A DNA stretch of 63,954 bases, the filler included, from Aduncisulcus paluster (Eukaryota): NCBI GenBank assembly GCA_024181965.1. It is 5 parts of 5 records of this genome, joined end to end, with 100 filler letters (N's around TTAATTAATTAA, not from the genome) between each part and the next. Parts side by side here need not be neighbours in the genome. Positions count along the whole stretch, not along the records: positions 31,323 to 48,977 come from BQXS01011284.1; positions 49,078 to 54,213 come from BQXS01011286.1; 3 more parts are not named here. One strand, 5' to 3'. This document shows, piece after piece, positions 45,571-54,313 of the stretch (the stretch's first letter is position 1; each line of letters starts with the position of its first letter). The translations under genes were made by a program, and so were the position numbers. The notes under the pieces are model-generated. The model searched no databases. It was not told the DNA's origin and saw only the letters and a list, made by a program, of their open reading frames with translations.

Positions 45571-46974
45571 ATGAGTTCCTTTTCACATTTTTCAAATTTT
45601 TTAAAAAAATATGCCCCAGAATTACTTGATATGGATTCGTTTGGGCGGCTTTATAATGACTTTCGACCCTCAAGAAGTGATGATCCTGTTGATTGGGATG
45701 ATAAGTTAAATTTTTGGCGTAAAATAGTTATAGAATATTCTAAATGGTGCAACACATATGTTGTTACTCTTGAAGATATTCAAAAAGCATTTACTATTGA
45801 TTCTTTTTCACCAAGCTGTCTCCCAACAGTTTTCGAGATAATGGAACGAGATGGCGACTTAATTCATATGTCAACAATAGAATCTGAGAAAGAAGCATCC
45901 CAATCTGATGACGGAAACTTCTTTGTGAAGATGGTGAGCAAGACTTGGAAGTATCTTTTTTCATCCAAAAAGTTGCCTATTCAACCCACAACAAAATTAC
46001 TGGTAAAATCAACGTGTAAAATCATTTCCGATGAATTGAAATCAATTGCTGAAAAATCTATGTCCTTAGAGGATAAAATGATTGTGATCCCTAAAAAACA
46101 TTCAGATTCTATTCATGATAGTCTTTCCACACTATCATCCGGGATAATTCAGACTTCATTGAGTTCAGGATCCAATTCTATCCTTAATTTAATGCCTTCA
46201 TCCCTGTTCCCCCACGTTTCTGCTATTCCTGGCGATTCCACGGGAGATTCTGTCCTTCTCTGCTTTTCTGATGCAAAAGACAAAGAAGAGAATGAGAAAG
46301 AACTCCGCGGAATGTGTTTGCTTACCTCTTTGAAGGATCGATTGAGTTGTGATCTCGAATCTTTATATTCAGAAGTTGATAAATTCCGGCATTCTGCCAT
46401 GGAACATAGAAAGACTCTTCTTGCAAGACATCCAGGTAATCCTGCCATTATTCGAGAAGATATGAGACTGAAACATATGCTTTCATCGGTTGTTAGAAAG
46501 AAGAAGTCCATAGCACTCAAAGAGAGTTCCCTTGAGAAAGTTGAGGCCATGCTCGCCTCCCTTAGTCAAGCCAGAGAGTTGGCAATCGCTCGTAAGGCCA
46601 TTCACCAGGGTGCTGCAATGTTGAGTGAGAAGAAGAAAGAGATTGAATCTCTTGATGCTGTTATGGAGAAGGTCAGGGATGGAATGGAGGGTATTTCTGA
46701 AGGAGTTGAAGAGTTCATGTCATACGATACACTGGGTGAGAAAGGAGATGAAGACGTAGAGGTGGAGGCTGAACTTATTGCTCTCCAGAAAGAGATTGAC
46801 GAGGAGCAAGCTCGAGACAAGGATATCGACGCAATCGCAGCTTCATTATCTGCTCTCGAAGTGTTTTCTGATACTCCTGCAAAAGATACGGACAAAGATG
46901 GACATAAATCAGAAGAGAAGCCAGAGGAGAAAGAGAAAGAGAAAGAAGGATCCTTTGAAGAGTTGTTGTTTTGA
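45571..46974 (+). CDS. CHMP7: CHMP7/Cmp7 (ESCRT-II winged-helix + ESCRT-III Snf7 hybrid)
   Basis: LYNDF..SRSDDPVDWDDKLNFWR and LEDIQKAF...PSCLPTVF match the CHMP7 N-terminus; C-terminal Snf7-like helices with acidic tail (VEAELIALQKE). First ATG at 45571. Confidence 0.85.
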   Translation: MSSFSHFSNFLKKYAPELLDMDSFGRLYNDFRPSRSDDPVDWDDKLNFWRKIVIEYSKWCNTYVVTLEDIQKAFTIDSFSPSCLPTVFEIMERDGDLIHMSTIESEKEASQSDDGNFFVKMVSKTWKYLFSSKKLPIQPTTKLLVKSTCKIISDELKSIAEKSMSLEDKMIVIPKKHSDSIHDSLSTLSSGIIQTSLSSGSNSILNLMPSSLFPHVSAIPGDSTGDSVLLCFSDAKDKEENEKELRGMCLLTSLKDRLSCDLESLYSEVDKFRHSAMEHRKTLLARHPGNPAIIREDMRLKHMLSSVVRKKKSIALKESSLEKVEAMLASLSQARELAIARKAIHQGAAMLSEKKKEIESLDAVMEKVRDGMEGISEGVEEFMSYDTLGEKGDEDVEVEAELIALQKEIDEEQARDKDIDAIAASLSALEVFSDTPAKDTDKDGHKSEEKPEEKEKEKEGSFEELLF

Positions 46975-48208
46975 AGGATATTGTTTTGAAGGATATTGAG
47001 AGTAGCATTGTCCATACAAACCAATGTGCGAGATAGGTCTATACTATTGTATCCGATCATGCATGTAAAACATATTGTTACCATTGTTTACTTGAAGTTG
47101 ATCATTGATCCGTGTTAGAAGCTGACTATATACTGTCTCATAGACAAATCTATAATATACTATACTATAATTCTATCATAACCTCTGAATATCTATGCCA
47201 TTTGAATAATATAATATAAAATATTAAGAATACTATTGACATATGTGAGGTATAATATTTGTTATTTGTCAACAATGAAAAAGAAAGGAGATGAGCAATT
47301 GAACTTATATTCTCAATAACTGATAGATAGTTTAGGATTCCCAATGAGAAGTACTTCTTTTGACATGGATAAAATGATTCGACTAATTCAAACAAAAATA
47401 AAATCTTTACCGTGTTTCCATGTTTAGGAACACGTGTTCTCCAATAAACAAACAAATGTTTCTTTCGTTACGAAAGAATTTAGTATTATGATTTAAAATA
47501 TCTCTTCGATCCAGAAAACGAGTGATATTGACATTCAGCGATGGTCAGACAGCGAGATTACAGGGAAGTCTCTTCAGCAAGTAATGAGTATACCAAAATT
47601 GTCGCGATTGGACCCCTGAAATTTCTCCAACAAATAAGATGAGCTCAATAACACAGCGATAGAGATTGAAATATACGAGTTGGCACCATGATGAAAAGGC
47701 AAAGGAAAATTATGCTCAGAAGACAATAATTTCTTGATATGAATCCATTTATATTATGAAGAATTCTGAAAAATAAACAATTTGAAGAACTATTTCTGTG
47801 AAATGTGAAGTAATTCCTCCCAGAAGAAGAACGTTGCAAATTATATTCTTTGTTATTGCGTTTAATTAATCTTAAAAACGAATCACTCTCAAAAGAGAGC
47901 AGATGGAGCATGTGGAGCAACAAAGCGAGAGATATCACAATAAATAGAATGATCGCGGCATAAACTATATATATACAAAACTTATTTATATCAATTTTAT
48001 CTATCATTGTCTATGCGTTTATCTAATTCATCACCAATCACATTTCTTTTTTTAACTTCTAATCTGAATCTAATAAATATAAAATAACTGGATCAATATC
48101 TGTTAAATACAATATATATTCAATATCATAATTATAAATATCCATAATATCTCAAGATCTCTTTCTAGAGATGACGGAAGCAAAGTTGCTGGCTTGGAAA
48201 CGTTAACA

Positions 48209-48940
48209 ATGTCCACCCCAGAAAAGACCGAATCCCTTGGTTTAGAAATTAGCGAAATGCTCACTGGTGCCTTATCAGACTCCGGAGACCTTTGTACTCT
48301 TGCTGTTGCATCTCAATTATCTAAAGAAGCTAAATCTGCAATTAAATTGACTACATCAAATGCTATTCACTTTGATACCGGAGCTATAGATGATATTTCC
48401 TCAAATTCTTCAAAGATATTGGAACAGTTGGCTGGTATGGAAGCTCTTGTCTCATTTTGTTCACCTCACATCGAGACGATCCATGATTTATTAGATATTT
48501 CAACTCTTTCTAAAACTAAAATACCATTACAATGTGTGACACAGAGGGCTAAATATTACAAAGAACTTTTCGATACCGAAAGGCAGAAAAAACTAGCCTT
48601 GATTGAAGAAGAGAAAAAACGCAAAGCAGCCGAGGAAAAACGCCTTAAACTTGAGCAACAGAGGAAACAAGAAGAGGAACAAAGATGTATTCGTGAGAAG
48701 CTTGAAAAAGAGAAACAAGAAAAATTAAGACAGCAACAATTGGCGATTGAAGCTGAAAAACGGAGAAAAGAGGAACAACAAAGGAAAAAAGAAGAAGCTC
48801 AAAGAAAAGAAGAGGAAAGACTTCGGAAGATTGAGGAAGAAAAAGCTAGAAAGATTCAAGAAGCCAAAAGGAAAGAAGAAGAGGCGAAAAAGAAGATAGA
48901 AGAAGAAAAACAAAGAAAAGAAGAAGCTGCAAGGAAGATA
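48209..48940 (+). CDS. Hypothetical protein with E/K/R-rich charged helix, 3'-truncated by contig end
   Basis: Open frame from ATG 48209; the apparent stop at 48956-48958 lies in a chimeric tail copied from ~39341. An upstream exon is possible (TTTCTAG at ~48162-48168). Confidence 0.65.
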
Positions 48941-48977
48941 GAAAATATTGCTTTTTGAATAAAGACAACATTGCTAC

Positions 48978-49077
48978 NNNNNNNNNNNNNNNNNNNNNNN
49001 NNNNNNNNNNNNNNNNNNNNNTTAATTAATTAANNNNNNNNNNNNNNNNNNNNNNNNNNNNNNNNNNNNNNNNNNNN
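48978..49077. other. Artificial contig spacer N44-TTAATTAATTAA-N44
   Basis: Same structure as 31223-31322. Confidence 0.97.
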
Positions 49078-49079
49078 GT

Positions 49080-50255
49080 TGTAAATTGGTCTGGGTTGAA
49101 CCAGAGTATGAAATCATTCAATCTGCAAATTCCATTGAAGGATCTAAGCAAAGAAAACAACTAATTCCACCCGAAGCTATTGTATTTCCTGTATCTCTTC
49201 GGCATATGAAGCTTCAAGAGAAGAAGAAAATGAAATCACAAGATCACACCTTTGATGATCATAAAACCGAAACAAACCCATCAATCTCCTCTATTCCATC
49301 ATCTCCTTATTTGTCTTCTGCGGATCTCTCTTCTCCTTCTTTCCTTCTTTCTCACCCTCATTTGTTACCTTCCCCTTGTCCTATTCCTCTTCTTCCACTT
49401 TTTTCACGGCTTACATTATCAATAACACCCCCACCATTGCTTTCATTGTTTATTCCAAAGAAATTTCTATATCACTTATCCCAGTGCTGGAGAGTGTGTG
49501 CTTCCTTACATATGACAAGGGCTGTGTGGAAAAGGGTTCGAGAGCGATGCATGTGGGGCGGAAGAAGAGACACACTGGATGTCAACGGGAAGGAGTCAAA
49601 GGATGCCCGTGGAATGTCAATGGCAATCGGTTCCATAAAGGGAAGAATGACTGGTATGGGAGTTTGGGCAGGAAAAGATGGAGAGCATCGTTGGGGAGCT
49701 GAAAATGTTCGTATTAGGGAGCGGAGAATGCCTGAAAAAGATGCTTTAAGACGAAAGCACGAGTCCATCGATGCCAATATTACTGCTGCACGAAATCTCA
49801 ACAATTCTTTGTGGTTCTTTTTATGGCTTTGTAACGACATTTTGACTAAAATATCCTTCCATTTATCTCAAAATATTTCAGACATTTGTAGAAAATACAT
49901 AACCATGTTGACACGTGATGTTTCATTTGAGAAAGCTCGGTCTGAGTTTGAAAGAATGATATTGAGTATCCGAAAGGTGTGTTTTCTTGGGGATATTTCA
50001 ATTGCTGAGAATTTTGGTTCATTATTAAACACGATGCTCGTGTTCTTTAAATTATTCAACAAAGCTCAAGATGAATATTTGTTCAAAGATCTTGTTTATG
50101 GAGTTCCAGATTATTCCTTAAAGAGTCGAAAAACTGTAAGAAATCAGCTCATTACATTTTCTTCAAAGACATCTCGTATCTTCAATGATTTTAAACGGCA
50201 CCGTGATATTTTTACACAGCTGTGTCATGTTCACCGAATGAAGGTTTTTGAATAG
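49080..50255 (+). CDS. 3' part of a probable gamma-tubulin complex component (GCP/Spc97-Spc98 family, GRIP2 region)
   Basis: LTLSITPPPLLSLFIPKKFLYHLSQCWRVC and FEKARSEFERMILSIRKVCFL resemble GRIP2 blocks (L.L.Y.V.WPL.III...Y..IF; L...H...L..I...CLL). 5' end lost in gap. Confidence 0.5.
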   Translation, partial: CKLVWVEPEYEIIQSANSIEGSKQRKQLIPPEAIVFPVSLRHMKLQEKKKMKSQDHTFDDHKTETNPSISSIPSSPYLSSADLSSPSFLLSHPHLLPSPCPIPLLPLFSRLTLSITPPPLLSLFIPKKFLYHLSQCWRVCASLHMTRAVWKRVRERCMWGGRRDTLDVNGKESKDARGMSMAIGSIKGRMTGMGVWAGKDGEHRWGAENVRIRERRMPEKDALRRKHESIDANITAARNLNNSLWFFLWLCNDILTKISFHLSQNISDICRKYITMLTRDVSFEKARSEFERMILSIRKVCFLGDISIAENFGSLLNTMLVFFKLFNKAQDEYLFKDLVYGVPDYSLKSRKTVRNQLITFSSKTSRIFNDFKRHRDIFTQLCHVHRMKVFE

Positions 50256-50376
50256 ATTTTATATGGATTCCATTTTCGAATATTCGTAAATAAATCTTCC
50301 AAACTCAACAGAAAGGGTCAAACCCTCAAAATTTGACAGTTTTGAACAACGATTATCATTAAATTCTTCATGAAAT

Positions 50377-50401
50377 CTATTTTTAGATTTTCTAAAAATA
50401 G
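50377..50401. promoter_or_regulatory. Double CTA(A/T)4TAG element forming a 12-bp-arm inverted repeat
   Basis: TCTATTTTTAGA-TTT-TCTAAAAATAGA at 50376-50402. Confidence 0.45.
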
Positions 50402-51031
50402 AACATGAAAAAAAAATCATGCGGATTTCCATGAATTGATGGTTATTATTGCTTTAATGGGCATTTTACACTTATTTTTAGCATTTTAATTCAGCAGATT
50501 CTCTATTTTTTCGAATGATGATGTAACATCATGATTCATGATGTTCTGGGCTGTGGTATTGACAGATATACTATAGTCCTATTCCAGAGTAATTTGAAAT
50601 TCTTGATCAAATTGATCACAATGTGGGAATTATGGCAACCTAAGGTACTTACTTTAGGAGCTTCTTTCCAGTTCTGTTTTCTGCCGGAAAACTTGTCTGG
50701 AATTTGGATTCTCTTGACTGTCAAGTTGACATCCCACATTCAATTTGAGCCCAAATTAAAAGCATAAAAAACTTTATTCAACGAATTCATTGAAATACCT
50801 CTTAAACAGAACACCAATCACCTAATGTTATAATGTTATAATCATTTTGATAAGTTATGATTATTTTAAGAACATTCATGACGCCATCTGAATATATTAT
50901 ACTCAAAAAAATCATAAACTTCTAAATTTCTCTATCTCGAATAACTATTAAGGCATTTGATTCCATTGATCAAAATCATATTTTCGAACACACAACATTG
51001 ATGTATTTCTAAAAATAGATAAAAATATTTT

Positions 51032-53500
51032 TTACATATGATCAAACATAAATTCCAAAAGATCTTGTAAAAGCAATGTTTTCCTCACTGCATACTTATA
51101 ATCGTTATGAGCCTTGCCAGATGTCACCATAAATTGCAAAATTGGTTGAATATAATTCTTAACAGCCCTTGTAACCTCTTCATCACCACTTCCAAACCAT
51201 ATTGCCTCTTGGCCTTCCATGCAACAAGGAAGACATCCAAACAAGGGAAGTTCAGGAGCTCTTGAAGGCCCTCTAGCTGTGCAGTAATATTCAAGACAAT
51301 TCCAAAGATTGGTCTCACTGATACTTTCCAAATGCACCAATGAAAGGAGATTGGGAAGTGATGATATCGGGGCAGTCGTTGGGGAAGGAAGAAGATGGTG
51401 TGAACGAGGATGATGATGATGACACAGATACACACTTTCAAAACATGGGCTTTCGATCTCATCAGCGCACTCACCAGAACACTCTATCAACCCATCACAG
51501 TGTGCAGCATTCTTGGACAAGGTATCCGGAACAAGACAATGACGAGACGGGGAAGGCGTATGTGAAACACGATCATCTTCGCTTTCAATGTCAATTCTAT
51601 CAGATCCTTGTTCGGAACATTCAATTGATTCACAATCATCATTCTCCTCATGCTCCTCAGAATCAGAGGAATTATTATTCACAGGATCCAAACGCAAGAT
51701 AGATTCTTTTGATCTGAAACGATCTTTTTTGACTTGATCTTTAGTTCCCAAGCCAGATTCTTTTGTTTCTTTCTCTTTCTGAGAACATGATCCAGTTTTC
51801 CACCCAGTGATCAAACACTCCCAAGAATACCTTTGTTCAAGGCCTTTTGAAGTGCATTTCGCCTGAGAAACCTTATCTCCTTCTTTCTCAACTCCAGAAA
51901 TAGATCCACCCTGTTCTGAAGAAGAATATTCAGAGTAATAATAATCATAAGATTCATCATAGGATTCCTCTCCTTTTTTCTCACCATCTACAGAGAAATC
52001 ATCAAGTTTGATTTCATGTGACTGCTTTGAATTTGAATCCAACGGAATTGAAGGAGGATTATGTGATGGATTTTCAAGAAGAGAAAGAAGAGAAAGGAGA
52101 TCTTCAGAAACATGAAGAGAATTAGAACATGTATGGCGAGGAGATTCTTGTTTGGCGGTTTCAAAATCTTGGAAAGAAGGTGACCGCGAAACACCATTTT
52201 CATTGGAGACACTATGCTCAGCCTCTTTCTCATCCAAATCTATTTTTAGATCCTTCTCACAAACATCTTTCTTCTTCGAATCTTGAATATGCTTTGCGCA
52301 TTCAACATAAAATGAAAGAGGTAGAGAAGACAACTTCCTGACATGAACATCCGAATCTCTACAAAAAGATAAATCAATCGATAATAATTCTTCTTTTGCA
52401 CTGCGAGAACTGATTTCTCTCATTTCGGGAGAATCTTGTCTCACAGAGAGCGAAGAAGGGTTTGGGGAGGTTTGCACTGAGATAGGATGCATTTCACCCG
52501 TCGAACTCTTTCCAACTTCTTTCAGTCCAAAAATAGATTCGTGTTTCTCATCTTTCGTAGAACCAGATTCCCTAAGTTTTTCGCCAGGGTCTGTTGCACT
52601 CTCAAGGTCTTCACATTTTTGACACACACAATCATGAACATCAATCCCTTTGCTCATCAAAAGAAAATGCCTAACAATGTCGTGATGTTTCTCAAGAGCG
52701 CTGGACATCGTTTGACCTGGACTTGAGGGAGAATAATGCAAATGAGGACCAAAGGCTCCATATCCTTTCGGAATAAACGTTGATACATCAGGAGAAAACC
52801 CAGTTTTTGCCCACAAAAGGTCTTTTTCGGCCTGAATGCGCTCTTCAGGAGAACATACATATCCGTCTGGTTTTCTGACTCGAAACTGGTGATACGTGAT
52901 GAAAAAACCATTCAAAAAAGCTCTAGTACGAGTATCTATCTTAATTGGATACCAAGTTACTGCAAACCAGGAGGTTTTAATATCGATATCATTCGAAGTG
53001 AGGGTACACAAAATGGGGTTCTTTTTATGGAGTTCTTGAATCATATTTATCAGCGGGGGCCTAATAGATGGTGCTCTTTCTTCATCAAATTTCAATAATA
53101 ATTTCCCAGGAATAATTTCTTCCATCGATTTCGAAGTAATTGGATCAATCACGGTTTTATATGTTGGTTTCGAATATAATTCAATAACAGATAAGTATGG
53201 TGTATAAAATGAGGTATATTTTAAATTGTCAATAATAACTCTTGTCGGCAATCCAAATGGAGCATCGAAGAAGCGCCACACGGAGGCAAGGTTATATACA
53301 ATATTATTTTGTTTATCTTTTTCATCTTTAATTTCCATTTTTGCTGAAGATACTTCATAACATGGTACGTCTGGTGCAGCACATACAGAAAAAACGTCCA
53401 GATTATAAGCTCTTAAACATTGAGGCTTTCCAGCAAGTGTAAAAAAGTTTATACCCTGTATTGGAGCCTGTGTAGCTCTGGTAAATCTATTGGAAGACAT
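51032..53500 (-). CDS. DUF789-family protein with a large acidic/Ser-rich insertion
   Basis: YNLASVWRFF, FYTPYLSVIELY, GKLLLKFDEERAPSIRPPL, LCTLTSNDI, SWFAVTWYPI, FITYH and C-terminal LPLFG...W...HNDY match DUF789 blocks (YYVPYLSAIQLY, SWISVAWYPI, FLTYH, LPVFG, HPDF). Confidence 0.8.
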   Translation of the reverse strand: MSSNRFTRATQAPIQGINFFTLAGKPQCLRAYNLDVFSVCAAPDVPCYEVSSAKMEIKDEKDKQNNIVYNLASVWRFFDAPFGLPTRVIIDNLKYTSFYTPYLSVIELYSKPTYKTVIDPITSKSMEEIIPGKLLLKFDEERAPSIRPPLINMIQELHKKNPILCTLTSNDIDIKTSWFAVTWYPIKIDTRTRAFLNGFFITYHQFRVRKPDGYVCSPEERIQAEKDLLWAKTGFSPDVSTFIPKGYGAFGPHLHYSPSSPGQTMSSALEKHHDIVRHFLLMSKGIDVHDCVCQKCEDLESATDPGEKLRESGSTKDEKHESIFGLKEVGKSSTGEMHPISVQTSPNPSSLSVRQDSPEMREISSRSAKEELLSIDLSFCRDSDVHVRKLSSLPLSFYVECAKHIQDSKKKDVCEKDLKIDLDEKEAEHSVSNENGVSRSPSFQDFETAKQESPRHTCSNSLHVSEDLLSLLSLLENPSHNPPSIPLDSNSKQSHEIKLDDFSVDGEKKGEESYDESYDYYYSEYSSSEQGGSISGVEKEGDKVSQAKCTSKGLEQRYSWECLITGWKTGSCSQKEKETKESGLGTKDQVKKDRFRSKESILRLDPVNNNSSDSEEHEENDDCESIECSEQGSDRIDIESEDDRVSHTPSPSRHCLVPDTLSKNAAHCDGLIECSGECADEIESPCFESVYLCHHHHPRSHHLLPSPTTAPISSLPNLLSLVHLESISETNLWNCLEYYCTARGPSRAPELPLFGCLPCCMEGQEAIWFGSGDEEVTRAVKNYIQPILQFMVTSGKAHNDYKYAVRKTLLLQDLLEFMFDHM

Positions 53501-53700
53501 TCAAGTATCAAACGTCCCAAAAACACGGCTTTCCAGAGGAGATCGAAGTTTGATTTTGGATTGGGATTATTTTCAGGCATTATTTTTGAACTCGATGCAA
53601 ATAATTGCGATTCAACAAAATAAATAGAGATCAACTCGTTCTATAATGATTTTCTGATGGGTAATCCTAGATTGGATTATTTCTTCGAGATCTTGGTACT

Positions 53701-54213
53701 ATGTTTAAAAAGTATGTATATTTGACCCTCATTTTCCCATTTTAATTTCAATATTCCTTTTCTGACCGTTTTCTCTCTTTATTCATAGATTTACCCGTGA
53801 TGATTTGGGCATGAGAACTCAAATCAAAAAAAAGCAAATTAAGGAATTAAGAACATTTCTTCTTGATAAATATCCAAAAATAGAAGAACATCTTGATGAA
53901 GTTGTCCCGTTAAAGAAGGGTTCTATTATATGTACTGTCAAATGTTCCAATCGTGTTGGCTTATTAACCGTAAACGATTCAATATTATTTTTTTCGTTGA
54001 TGGGAAGTGAAAAGAAAGCATATTGGTATCCAACTCTCCGCCTAATTCACAAATACCCCGATATCCTTCCAAAAGTTTACGTTCATGAAGGTGCATTAAA
54101 GCGGGTTTTGAGGGGCTCAAATGTTTTTTCTCCCGGAATTGAACATACAGAAACTTTATCCAAAATATCCAAAGGTGAAACTGTTGCAGTATATGGTATT
54201 GGCAAAGAACATG
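53701..54213 (+). CDS. MCTS1: MCTS1/Tma20 (pre-PUA + PUA translation reinitiation factor), two exons, 3'-truncated by gap
   Basis: Exon 1 53701-53711 plus exon 2 from 53789 gives MFKKFTRDD...; YPTLRLIHKYP, VHEGALKRVLRGSNVFSPG, GKEH. Confidence 0.93.
53712..53788 (+). other. Spliceosomal intron in MCTS1 (77 nt, phase 2)
   Basis: GTATGT...CTGAC...CATAG; restores the conserved MFKKF. Confidence 0.93.
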
Positions 54214-54313
54214 NNNNNNNNNNNNNNNNNNNNNNNNNNNNNNNNNNNNNNNNNNNNTTAATTAATTAANNNNNNNNNNNNNNNNNNNNNNNNNNNNNNN
54301 NNNNNNNNNNNNN
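54214..54313. other. Artificial contig spacer N44-TTAATTAATTAA-N44
   Basis: Same structure as the other spacers. Confidence 0.97.

Noticed and set aside
46964-46998. 15-bp tandem repeat spanning the CHMP7 stop as a target-site duplication
   Set aside because: Copies are adjacent with no intervening element; simple slippage duplication.
4512-54213. Functional cluster of ribosome-biogenesis/translation genes (UTP21, NOL10, MTR4, DRG1, MCTS1)
   Set aside because: They are interspersed with unrelated genes over three artificially joined contigs, and such genes are common in a compact genome.
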